Shown: positions 1-8,581 of the stretch, piece after piece
Position numbering within the stretch: position 1 is the stretch's first letter
Layout of the letters: every line of letters starts with the position of its first letter
Assembly: GCA_963799845.1 (NCBI GenBank)
Contig: CAWCYI010000004.1
Span: 608,001 to 672,000, forward strand
Length of the DNA: 64,000 nt
Direction: 5' to 3'
From: an uncultured Nitrososphaerota archaeon
GTDB taxonomy: Archaea > Thermoproteota > Nitrososphaeria > Nitrososphaerales > CADDZS01
The notes under the pieces: model-generated
Database searches by the model: none
Seen by the model: the letters and a program-made list of their open reading frames with translations, nothing else
What the model was told of the DNA's origin: nothing
Made by a program: the position numbers and the translations under genes

Positions 1-726
1 TACCCTCCCGGGACAAAGCCGTCGGAGTTCCTTCATCTCTATTCCAAGATATTCGATCTCGTCGAAATTGATTCCTCATTTTACAGAACCCCTTCCCCAT
101 CAACAGTGAAGCAATGGAGGGAAAAAACGCCCCGGGAGTTTCTGTTCACCTCGAAATTGCCAGGAAAAATTACCCATGAACTCAGACTTGTGGGGATCGA
201 ACGTGAATTAGAGCGTTTTGAGAAAACGATGGGCGAGCTCGGGAATAAGCTTGCTTGCGTGATTGCGCAGCTCCCACCCTTTTCGAAGTTTGAGACGGAT
301 TTTCCAAAAGTGGAGGCATTTCTCGGGATGACAAACCCGAAGATCAGGTATGCGCTAGAATTTCGAAACAAGTCCTGGCTGAGGGATGAGACGCATGAGC
401 TTTTGTCTCGAAAAAAGGCGTGTTTTGTCTGGAGCGTTACCGATCGGATGGACGAGCTCCCACCCAAAGTGACGTCAGACTTCATTTACCTTCGGTTCAT
501 GGGAAAGTTTGGAGAATTCAAGAAATTCAACAAAGTGCAGAAAGACAGGTCGGAGGTTCTTGAGAAATGGTGGAATCATCTCTCGGAAAAGATTGACAGC
601 GTCAATCTTGCCCTGGTTCTTGTGAGCAACCACTTTTCCGGTTTCGCGCCTGCCACAGTCAACGAACTCAGAAGGCTTTCCGGCAGGGAGGAAGTTAGTT
701 GGGCCAACATGTCTTCTTCACCCTGA
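1..726 (+). CDS. DUF72 (YecE) family protein, 5'-partial
   Basis: Frame is open from base 1: YPPGTKPSEFLHLYSKIFDLVEIDSSFYRTP...KLPGKITHE...QLPP...ALEFRNKSW...YLRFMG...NH, the typical DUF72 motifs. Confidence 0.9.
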   Translation, partial: YPPGTKPSEFLHLYSKIFDLVEIDSSFYRTPSPSTVKQWREKTPREFLFTSKLPGKITHELRLVGIERELERFEKTMGELGNKLACVIAQLPPFSKFETDFPKVEAFLGMTNPKIRYALEFRNKSWLRDETHELLSRKKACFVWSVTDRMDELPPKVTSDFIYLRFMGKFGEFKKFNKVQKDRSEVLEKWWNHLSEKIDSVNLALVLVSNHFSGFAPATVNELRRLSGREEVSWANMSSSP

Positions 727-914
727 ATCGAGCCCGAGCTGCTCTGTTTCAACTCGCATCGCTCGCGGCCTGAGCACTTTCATGTCTTGAAAATGCCAGG
801 CCAACCCTCGTTCCTATCTTTCGAAGCCATCGATGAGGAAGCAAAGCCAAACTGTCTCAAGTCAAAAAGGCACGCTTAAGAGGCCGCCAGCTCCATCTTA
901 CTTTCCGGTTTACC

Positions 915-1763
915 TTGGTGTCCGACATTTTTGCTGAAGTAGAAAAACAGGCCGAGAATGCGACCAGCTCGAGAGCTTCTTGGCGTGGAGTATTGAGTCT
1001 CAACATCCCTACGCTCGGATTGGGATCCGTCGAATATCACCTTCGGGCCGCGAAGGCTCATGGCGATCTCCAGCCGGTAAAGTTCGTCAAAGTCGACAGC
1101 GTGACCGGGAAAGAGGTGATCAGCAGGGAGGTTCCAAAACTCTTCAGGTACAAGCTGGGACCGAGCGACGAGCGGCTCGACGTGCAGGAAATTCCCCAGG
1201 AGGAAGTGAAGGGAAAAGTCCTGTACGGCAATGATTATCACGTTTTTGCGAGGAACGAACGCGGGTATTTTCTCAAAGAAGAGCTAGAAGTTTCCGGCAA
1301 GTGGATAGAGGTCGTCGCCTCCCAGGTCATCGACAAGCAGGAGGACGGACAGTCGATCTAACCGTTTGACCGGACTACGAAAATTGACGTAGAGCCCGAC
1401 GGTTTCGTTCCGCTGGAAAGACTTGCTGAATACAAGTTCAAGGAAGTCTACCAGATGGCACCGGACACGGACAAGAAAGTCAAGGAGACGTCGTCGAGGG
1501 TGAGGCAGCTCGCGAGGTATCTACTTGAAAAACAGACAGCCCTCGTATCGTTCTTTTCGTGGGGGAGGGGCTACCAGTTCTACACAGCAGTCGTTTATCC
1601 CTACGAGCGGAAGGACGGCCGCCTCTGGCTCCTGATGGGTCTGAGCGAGGGCGTGCTCAAGCTCGACGACACCTGGGCGCTGCAAGAGGATAAACAGGAA
1701 GAATCCCTGCCTCCTGTCCCGTTCGCCACAAGTCGCAAGCCAAAGGTAAGTATTTCAAAGTAG
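915..1763 (+). CDS. ku: Divergent Ku-like DNA end-binding protein with one in-frame TAA at 1359-1361
   Basis: ORFs 915-1361 and 1455-1763 share a frame, separated by one stop; joined length about 282 aa. RASWRGVLSL resembles Ku RAIWKGxISF; VKFVKVDSVTGKEV resembles the bridge region; TTKIDVEPDGFVPLERL...YQMAPD...LARYLLEKQTALV resembles the Ku core. Lies directly upstream of a ligase. Confidence 0.65.
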
Positions 1764-1821
1764 TCGGCTCCAACCAGATGCGGGTCTTCCGCCTGCATCT
1801 CATCTGCTGGAGGGTCAACCT

Positions 1822-2643
1822 GTGAGCGACGCCCTCCCCAATTACGTCCAGGAGTATCACGCAAAAGCGAGCAGCCTTGATCTTTCGTCGTGGCTAGCCA
1901 GCAATCCTCTTCCCACTATTTGCGAGCCGAAATACGAGGGAATAAGGGTCTTTTTGTTCAAGAGCGGCGACAATCTCGTCGTCTCGGGGAAGCTTGGCAG
2001 CATCTACACGCCGTCCTCGACTCCTACAGTTTTCTCGAAAGTCCCGGAACTGGTTCACGCGCCAAAGCGGATGATACTTGACGGGGAGTACGTTTCGAAG
2101 GACGGGCTTCACCTGTTTGACATCCTGCACTTTGATGACCGAGATTTGAGGCCCCTCCCGCTCTATCGCCGAAAGGAGATTTTACACCAGATACTCTTGG
2201 GTACCGAAATTGAAACCCAATCCATCACAGCCGAATCTCTCGAGGAGATTGAAGGCTACAGGGAGGAAATTCTGTCGAAAGGGGGAGAGGGCATTGTCGC
2301 AAAAAATCCAATGTCGTTTTATGGGGAAGCCGACACGTGGCTGAAGATCAAGCGTTTCGATACGGTCGATTGTTTCGTGATAGACTACGAAGAATCTTCC
2401 GGGCAGAAGAGATCATGGTCGATCGGGGCCCTTGACACATCCGGCAAGATAGTGAACTTGGGTGAGGTCTCGTCGCTCGTCGAAAGCGTGGATCCAAAGA
2501 AAATAAGGCTGGGCTCTGTGGTCGAGGTCAGGTTCAGGCTCATCGAAAATAAGTTTAGGGCGCCGTTCATCCTCAGGGTTCGCCGCGACAAGGCGGCGAG
2601 CGAGTGTCTCATCACACAGATCCCCCAGTTCCAGATGCCGTAG
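1822..2643 (+). CDS. Minimal ATP-dependent DNA ligase (adenylation + OB domains)
   Basis: Nucleotidyltransferase motifs I EPKYEGIR, III LDGEY, IIIa FDIL, IV EGIVAK, V WLKIK and VI RVRRDK; 273 aa with no N-terminal DNA-binding domain. Confidence 0.9.
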   Translation: MSDALPNYVQEYHAKASSLDLSSWLASNPLPTICEPKYEGIRVFLFKSGDNLVVSGKLGSIYTPSSTPTVFSKVPELVHAPKRMILDGEYVSKDGLHLFDILHFDDRDLRPLPLYRRKEILHQILLGTEIETQSITAESLEEIEGYREEILSKGGEGIVAKNPMSFYGEADTWLKIKRFDTVDCFVIDYEESSGQKRSWSIGALDTSGKIVNLGEVSSLVESVDPKKIRLGSVVEVRFRLIENKFRAPFILRVRRDKAASECLITQIPQFQMP

Positions 2644-2646
2644 TGT

Positions 2647-3186
2647 GTGCTTTTGTCACTGAAGAAAGATCTTGATCCCGCTTGTGCGCTTGAGATCGCA
2701 GACGATTTCTTGGAAAAGACAAAAGATCTCTACGCAAAGGCGGAGATCGCGGGCAGCCTACGAAGAATGGAGAAGGTCGTCCACGATATCGACTTTGCAG
2801 TAATCCCCGCGATTGAAAATTTTGTAGCATGGAAGGAAAAAGTCTCCCAGAGGGTGGTCGAGATCGGCGGAACGGTGAAGATATTCGGCGAAACAATAAG
2901 CGATTTTCTCTACCGCGGGGCACAGGTCAACCTGTTCATCTGCCCGGGGGAGGACTCGTGGGGCGTGACGCTGATGTGGGCCACAGGGCCGAAGGGTCAC
3001 ACCATTGGAATGACGATAAAGGCGCAGAAGAAAAACCTTCTTTACAACTCGCAGGGAATCTGGACGAGAGACGATCCGCCGAAACTAATTCCTGCAAGAA
3101 CCGAGATGGACATCGCGAGGATTCTCGGCTGGAAGTACAAGCCTCCGGAAACGAGGGGCAAGGACATGAAGACAGAAGTGCACTAG
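2647..3186 (+). CDS. polX: Minimal family X DNA polymerase (palm+thumb only)
   Basis: AGSLRR...HDIDF, QVNLF, ATGPKGH, LYNSQGIW and TEMDIARILGWKYKPPETR match PolX palm and thumb motifs; no lyase, fingers or PHP domain. Confidence 0.85.
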   Translation: MLLSLKKDLDPACALEIADDFLEKTKDLYAKAEIAGSLRRMEKVVHDIDFAVIPAIENFVAWKEKVSQRVVEIGGTVKIFGETISDFLYRGAQVNLFICPGEDSWGVTLMWATGPKGHTIGMTIKAQKKNLLYNSQGIWTRDDPPKLIPARTEMDIARILGWKYKPPETRGKDMKTEVH

Positions 3187-3197
3187 AAGCGAAAACC

Positions 3198-3603
3198 ATG
3201 GCCAAGAATAGCAAGGGCTTCGGCCCCCGGGTTCCAGAGCTCTACCTCCAGATTATTCAGAGTTGAGTACACCCTGATTTCTCTCGCGATCGCCGCGTAC
3301 CTGTTGTGGAGCTACAGGTCGGGAATCGGATTAATTGACCTGGCTGTCCTGATTTTCTTAGCAATCCTGCCTGATCTGGTACCCTTCGTTCCAATCGGGT
3401 TGTATTCGTCGCGAGAGGAGAGGGGTTCGGTGCCCCGATGGGGTTCGAGCCTTTACAACACATTCCACACGATCTTACTCTGGGCTCTAGTCTTTGGGAT
3501 CGCCTGGATTCTTCTGCAAGCTCCGTACCTCCCGCTGCTCGGCTGGCTGATTCACATCACGATCGACAGGTCGGTGGGCTTCACTCTCAGGGCCGCGAAA
3601 TAG
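3198..3603 (+). CDS. DUF4260 family membrane protein (probable 1-nt frameshift near 3224-3241)
   Basis: RLFRVE...LPDL...YNTFH...WLIHITIDRSVGFTLR. The conserved N-terminus extends upstream of the track start at 3304, and the ATG at 3198 is one base out of frame. Confidence 0.7.
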
Positions 3604-3693
3604 ATGCGGATTTTGGGAAATTGGCAAATGGGTATGGCCAAATTAGCACAGATGCAAAACCGATAAAGAGAGTTTTCTGTTTCCAAAGGAGAC

Positions 3694-4347
3694 ATGACTC
3701 AGGAGTCTCAACAGCCGAGAATCAAGATCAGGATTGAGTCGTTCTCAGATCTGGTCTTCGGACTGGCCCTGTCTATCGGATCTCTCGTCCTACTTTCTAG
3801 GCCCTATTCGAGCATCACAGACGTCGAAGTCAACGTATTGGACTTTGGGTTCAGTTTCGTGATCATTGTCTTCACCTGGCTCGGATATTCTCGGACGATG
3901 GCAACGCTTCCCGGTGAGACCTCGACTTCACTCTATCTGAACATCGTACTTCTCTTTCTGGTTGCAATCGAGCCCTACCTCTTTTTCATCTTGGTGTCCG
4001 CGCCAACCCCCCAATCAGCGGATGCGTTTTCCGTACCGTATGGTCTGAATGTCGCTGCACTTCTTCTGGTTCAGGGGGGACTGTCTCGTCTCGCTCTTGT
4101 CGCAAATAGACAGAAAGCGCCCGGAGGTCTGGACAGATTGCATCCCGAAGTGATCGCTCGATTACGCAGAGTTTCTATTTCCGCCGCGATCATCGGAATT
4201 GTGTACCTAATTTCGACACTTCCATACTTTTGGGTACCAATTGGACCTACTTTTCTTAGGTTTGTGATCTGGTTTTTGTCCTTTCCAATCGTCCCTGCGG
4301 TTCGCGGTGCGAGGAAACCAAAAATTTTATCCCAAACAAATGCTTGA
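3694..4347 (+). CDS. TMEM175 (DUF1211) family K+ channel-like protein
   Basis: N-terminal RIESFSDLVFGLAL signature and about 6 TM segments. Confidence 0.85.
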   Translation: MTQESQQPRIKIRIESFSDLVFGLALSIGSLVLLSRPYSSITDVEVNVLDFGFSFVIIVFTWLGYSRTMATLPGETSTSLYLNIVLLFLVAIEPYLFFILVSAPTPQSADAFSVPYGLNVAALLLVQGGLSRLALVANRQKAPGGLDRLHPEVIARLRRVSISAAIIGIVYLISTLPYFWVPIGPTFLRFVIWFLSFPIVPAVRGARKPKILSQTNA

Positions 4348-4556
4348 TTTTTCACAGCCTCAGTATTACCGGGAAACTAGTGAGCCTTCTAGGCACTCTG
4401 GGCTTTCTTTTCGAGGACTTTTCGCTCAGCTTTCTCTCACGCTCTAACTCCGTCCAAATCTCTCTCCCTTTAGAGATACTTCCGAAGAGCGAATCAAATT
4501 TCCTTCTCGCTTCTTTCAATCTCTTCACTTTCATTATCAGAATTTTTTGTGAAATA

Positions 4557-4817
4557 TCAGGTCTCGTAGACTTCCTTACGGTGTTCAAATCTGAGAAGGA
4601 TTAGTCTTCCATCCTGTACCGTGTAAATCAGTCTATAGGGTTTGATTCTTACCGTCCATTCGTCCTTTAGCCCATACTTGAGTGGCTTCCCAGACTCGGG
4701 GTCCTCGACTATTTTCGTTATCTGTTTCGCCAATCTCCCCTTGACCGAGTTGTCCTTGATTTTCTTGACATCGCGTTCAAACTTGTTTGTATAGACGATA
4801 TTCTTGATTTCTACCAA
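4557..4817 (-). CDS. Type II toxin, RelE/ParE family
   Basis: FERDVKKI...EDPESGKPLKYGLKDEWTVRIKPYRLIY...EHRKEVY. Confidence 0.85.
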   Translation of the reverse strand: MVEIKNIVYTNKFERDVKKIKDNSVKGRLAKQITKIVEDPESGKPLKYGLKDEWTVRIKPYRLIYTVQDGRLILLRFEHRKEVYET

Positions 4818-5083
4818 TGTTTCAGCTCTTCAAGAAATTCCTCTTTCGGTTTCACTTTGTAGCGGCCCCTTTCGATATCCTTCCATGCTTCTTCGACCAG
4901 TCTCAGTGTCTCAACATCCTGCCGAGTCAACGATGAGTTGACACGTTTGAGTACGATCATATCTTTGTCCGTTGTGACTGCCAGAACGTTTCCTTCCTCC
5001 AGACCGAATTTTTTTCTGATCTTTCTGGGGATTACGACCTGACCCTTAGAACTGGCTCTAGTGAATTCGAATTCTTGAACCAT
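4811..5083 (-). CDS. AbrB/MazE/SpoVT family antitoxin
   Basis: SSKGQVVIPRKIRKKFGLEEG motif; overlaps the toxin start. ATG at 5083 preferred over 5107 on TATA spacing. Confidence 0.85.
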   Translation of the reverse strand: MVQEFEFTRASSKGQVVIPRKIRKKFGLEEGNVLAVTTDKDMIVLKRVNSSLTRQDVETLRLVEEAWKDIERGRYKVKPKEEFLEELKHW

Positions 5084-5098
5084 GACGCTAATCCACAA

Positions 5099-5124
5099 GT
5101 AAGACATTCTTACGTAGTATTAAG
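5099..5124 (-). promoter_or_regulatory. TA operon TATA box and palindromic operator
   Basis: GTAAGA-cat-TCTTAC inverted repeat (5099-5113) lies between the minus-strand CTTAATA (5118-5124) and the antitoxin ATG. Confidence 0.55.
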
Positions 5125-5221
5125 TGTATCAGGATTTGAGAGATCACTCTGAGAGTCCTGCATGAACAACGGAAAGGCATTATACTGGTGATAACGTTCT
5201 ATCAAGTTAGCAGGGAAAGAT

Positions 5222-5413
5222 ATGGGTTATAAAATGAAATACGATTCCGGATCAGATGTGCTTTCTGTCATCTTGAAAGACAAGGGGAAGCTTTCTCATG
5301 CAGAAGAGATCGGTGATTTGGTACTTCACGTTGATAAGCGTGGAAATCCGCTCTACTTGGAGGTACTCAATGCCAGCAAAGTAGTTCCTGTAATGGTTCA
5401 GGCCATCAGCTAA
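5222..5413 (+). CDS. DUF2283 domain protein
   Basis: YDSGSDVLSV...AEEIGDLVLHVDKRGNPLYLEVLNASK. Confidence 0.8.
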   Translation: MGYKMKYDSGSDVLSVILKDKGKLSHAEEIGDLVLHVDKRGNPLYLEVLNASKVVPVMVQAIS

Positions 5414-5493
5414 AGGGTGAAGCCATCGCCTAATTTTCAAACTGACTGATCTTGCGAAACCGAAACAGATGTGCACCGCAACGAACTTTTGAG

Positions 5494-5763
5494 TTATCGC
5501 CATTCACGACGGACGAGCTCGTTTTCCATTATTGTCTTTCTCAGGTCGAGCTGTCTTGAGTGGTAGACAAGGCGCTGCCACTCTCCTGGGTCTGATTCCT
5601 CGGAAGCGAGATTGCAGAGGAGCTGGTAGGCCGGCCGGATTTTCTTGAGCTCCTCCCTCAGCTGCTCGTCAGACCAATCGAACACGCTATCCTCGAACAA
5701 TAGAACTTCCTTTTGGTCGTCCTTATCCAGAAGTACAAAATCGTCGCTGAGATCGACTGACAA
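5494..5763 (-). CDS. Hypothetical protein
   Basis: 89-aa ORF with plausible composition; no motif recognised. Confidence 0.5.
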   Translation of the reverse strand: MSVDLSDDFVLLDKDDQKEVLLFEDSVFDWSDEQLREELKKIRPAYQLLCNLASEESDPGEWQRLVYHSRQLDLRKTIMENELVRREWR

Positions 5764-5878
5764 GGTCCTAACGTAATCCGGAATTTCAACGGTAAGAACG
5801 TTGACTCTATAATCTAATTACGCTTCCTAATACTATAGTGGTCGTACGCTGACAGATAGGAAATTGATTTTTCGAGAA

Positions 5879-7480
5879 TCAGGCGTTCTTCTGAAGAGTT
5901 AGTTTTACTTTCGTTCCTGGAAATGCGCCGAGCTTCATGGCGTCGTCCCCTGAAACTGTTATCCAAATGTCCTGATCAAAATCATTGTCGTGCAAGCACA
6001 GCTTGACGTTACCACTGTCATCCCCATCCATCCGACTCAAGACAACAACCTTGTCAGGCATCGATTGGCCGGACGGCCCTTCCGCATTTAAATTTTCTAT
6101 TATTGGAACCGCATGCATCTCGGGAACATTCGGAGTTGAAATTGTTGGAGTTATTTCCTGCGTTTCGACGAAATCGAGTTTGCTCTTTGACCAGCGCGCC
6201 GTGTCTTCTTTCGCACTGATATTGAACTGCAGCGCGTCGGTCAGATCAGATTTCCACTGATCTAAACTGTCGTGGATGATTCTCGCGAAAAATCTATCCC
6301 GTAGTAACTTCAGAGGCTCAAGATGGTCGGCTGCGTAGAGATACTTCGAGTATTCTGGGGTGTTCAGCTGATCGTCTGAGAGGTAAATCGGCTTGCGACG
6401 GAAGCCAGTTGCAATGATTGCCTCGTTGAGATCGCCGAGAACAATCGCAGCCTGTTCGGAGAATTTCTCAGCGCTCGCCGTCGCAAACTCGGCGCGGGAC
6501 ATTACCCTGAAAAGATAAGTTGCATGACCGGTTTCGGAAGTAACCTCCATTACTACTGCGTTGCCGCCGGAGGACAACGAACCCATCGCGGGAATCATGA
6601 ACCACACGTAGACGGCGTCCTTTGCTTTCCTCAGACCAACGCATTCCAAGTTTGATACCCTGATCGAAGAAATGTATCGATACGATTCTGCGAGCGGAGA
6701 GAGGTCCACACTTTTTTCGAGCTTCGCCCAGAGGCCCGGCGAGATCTGGTCCACGTCCTTCCGTGAAGCTGAGCGTCCCTCGACCATCAGCCAGCTCAGT
6801 TTCTGGAGTTCATCGAATGTTGCCGAGGGCACGTTCGCCTTGATCGTTTCAATCGAGCTCGCCTCGACCGCTTTCATGGAATCCCGCAGTTTTTCAACGA
6901 AGAACTGTGTTGCGTTCGCAAGCCTTGAGAGTTCGATAGTTGCGCCGTTCCTTGTTGCCAGCCTTACTTTGAAGTTCTCCAAATCCACTTTTTGGATCTG
7001 AGAAAAAGGGAAACGAATTGGAAGGACACTTGTTGGAAGAATTACCAGTGCGGTCTCGTAAATTCTCGCCCTGCACGGAGCGGGAGTCTGACCTGGCGCG
7101 TGTGGATCTTGGATGGCGTAAAAGCACGGCGCTTCGTAAAGAACGTTTGCCTCCTCCATCAGCAGGGCCTTTGCGAGCGCGTTGCCCCAGCTTTCGCTCA
7201 GCTTCTTGGCAAAGTTGTCGTACTTATTCCCGAACTGAGAAAGCGCGATGTTTTGGCCGTTGCTCGCGGTTATGGAGACTCGATAATTCGAAGCTTCGAC
7301 CCTTGCCTCTGTGTATGCGACGAATACGGTGCTTCCTCCGCTCGGTTTCACCATGATTCCTAAAGTCCAGATCTCAGCAGCGGCATCCACGGGACCAGAT
7401 TGAGAAGCAACGAGTGCCTTGCAGTTAGAGTCAAACAGCTTCTCCCCGAACGAAGAATCAGGAGCGGCCGGGTGGCTCAT
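5879..7480 (-). CDS. Hypothetical protein with two PH-like beta-rich repeats
   Basis: Segments near aa 20-100 and 118-205 share a PH-like pattern (strands, xFSQIxxV, terminal helix). Tightly coupled to the upstream gene. Confidence 0.55.
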   Translation of the reverse strand: MSHPAAPDSSFGEKLFDSNCKALVASQSGPVDAAAEIWTLGIMVKPSGGSTVFVAYTEARVEASNYRVSITASNGQNIALSQFGNKYDNFAKKLSESWGNALAKALLMEEANVLYEAPCFYAIQDPHAPGQTPAPCRARIYETALVILPTSVLPIRFPFSQIQKVDLENFKVRLATRNGATIELSRLANATQFFVEKLRDSMKAVEASSIETIKANVPSATFDELQKLSWLMVEGRSASRKDVDQISPGLWAKLEKSVDLSPLAESYRYISSIRVSNLECVGLRKAKDAVYVWFMIPAMGSLSSGGNAVVMEVTSETGHATYLFRVMSRAEFATASAEKFSEQAAIVLGDLNEAIIATGFRRKPIYLSDDQLNTPEYSKYLYAADHLEPLKLLRDRFFARIIHDSLDQWKSDLTDALQFNISAKEDTARWSKSKLDFVETQEITPTISTPNVPEMHAVPIIENLNAEGPSGQSMPDKVVVLSRMDGDDSGNVKLCLHDNDFDQDIWITVSGDDAMKLGAFPGTKVKLTLQKNA

Positions 7481-7481
7481 T

Positions 7482-7829
7482 CTACATCGAGTCTACTATG
7501 TCTCGCTCTACCTGCTGGATCTCTTTCTCGGTGTCCTTCTTCTTGTCCTTGTAGACCTTGTCTGAAATCGTCCCGTCTTTTTTCATCTGCTCGAGCGACT
7601 GGAGCTTTGCCTGGAGCTGGTCTTTCTTTGCCTTCAGCTCTGAGACCGCATCCTCGCCAAGCTGAGCTTTCGCGATCTGGATATCGATCACGCGGATCTG
7701 CTCCTTGTACTTCTCCAGATAGAACTGGGCATCCTGCCATGAAAGCCCGTTCCCGATCATCTGCTCGGTGTGAGCGATCTTCGACTGGAGGTCTTCCTTC
7801 TGCTTTCGCAGATCGTCGGGCGAACTCAT
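7482..7829 (-). CDS. Coiled-coil protein with SHOCT-like motif
   Basis: LQSLEQMKKDGTISDKVYKDKKKD. Confidence 0.65.
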   Translation of the reverse strand: MSSPDDLRKQKEDLQSKIAHTEQMIGNGLSWQDAQFYLEKYKEQIRVIDIQIAKAQLGEDAVSELKAKKDQLQAKLQSLEQMKKDGTISDKVYKDKKKDTEKEIQQVERDIVDSM

Positions 7830-7832
7830 TTC

Positions 7833-8492
7833 CTAACCAGACAACTTTTGGCCGCAGTTGTTGCAGAATCTTGCAGTCGCGGATACCTTCTGTCCGCAGT
7901 TAGGGCAGGCCGACTTGTCCAGCGGCGCCCCGCAGACCTCGCAGAACTTTCCGCTGGAGGTTGGTTTCCCGCACTTTGAACACAGTATCTTGACCTCTTC
8001 GGCGCCCTTGATTTCGGCCGAGTAGTCTTGCGCCATCATGCTTTCCGCAGCTTTCTGACCGAATGCTTGCGCCCGCGCCTTCTGGACGGTTATCGCCTGC
8101 CTTGGGGAACATTCCACGCACATCAGTCCCTGCTCATTCCAGCAGGTCGCGTCGACGTACTTCGTGCAACCGGGACACTTTGTAAAGTGGCCCCTCGCTT
8201 CCGCTGTAGCATCGTCCAGAGCCTTTTCGTGAGCTTCGCGCCATTTGGAATCGTGCATGTAGCCCGCCGCGGATGAAGCTCCCCACGCGCTGTTGCCCAC
8301 ACCCCCAAAAGATCCGCCGAAGCTGCTGCCGATGCTGCTGGCGGCCCCGAAAAGTCCCTTCGCTTTGGCGTACGGCGCCTGACGGTACTTGGTCATGAAA
8401 CCATCCTGACAGATATCGCACTTGAACTTGAACTGGAACCCGTTCTGGTCGGACATGTCGTCAAAGTTCTTGACAAAGTCTCGCAATACCAC
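7833..8492 (-). CDS. Double zinc-ribbon domain protein
   Basis: CDIC, CPGC...C...CVEC, then CSKC-FCEVCG and CPNC-FCNNCG. Confidence 0.85.
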   Translation of the reverse strand: MVLRDFVKNFDDMSDQNGFQFKFKCDICQDGFMTKYRQAPYAKAKGLFGAASSIGSSFGGSFGGVGNSAWGASSAAGYMHDSKWREAHEKALDDATAEARGHFTKCPGCTKYVDATCWNEQGLMCVECSPRQAITVQKARAQAFGQKAAESMMAQDYSAEIKGAEEVKILCSKCGKPTSSGKFCEVCGAPLDKSACPNCGQKVSATARFCNNCGQKLSG

Positions 8493-8581
8493 TGCAAGTC
8501 ACCTTTGGTGGCCGGCCGTCAACGAGTTATAATAAATCTTCGCCGGTTTTGCGTTCGTAACGTATTCGCATCTATGGTGAA

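Noticed and set aside
1359-1361. Stop-codon recoding (Sec/Pyl) in the Ku-like gene
   Set aside because: The codon is TAA, which is not the one recoded, and other genes here terminate at TAA.
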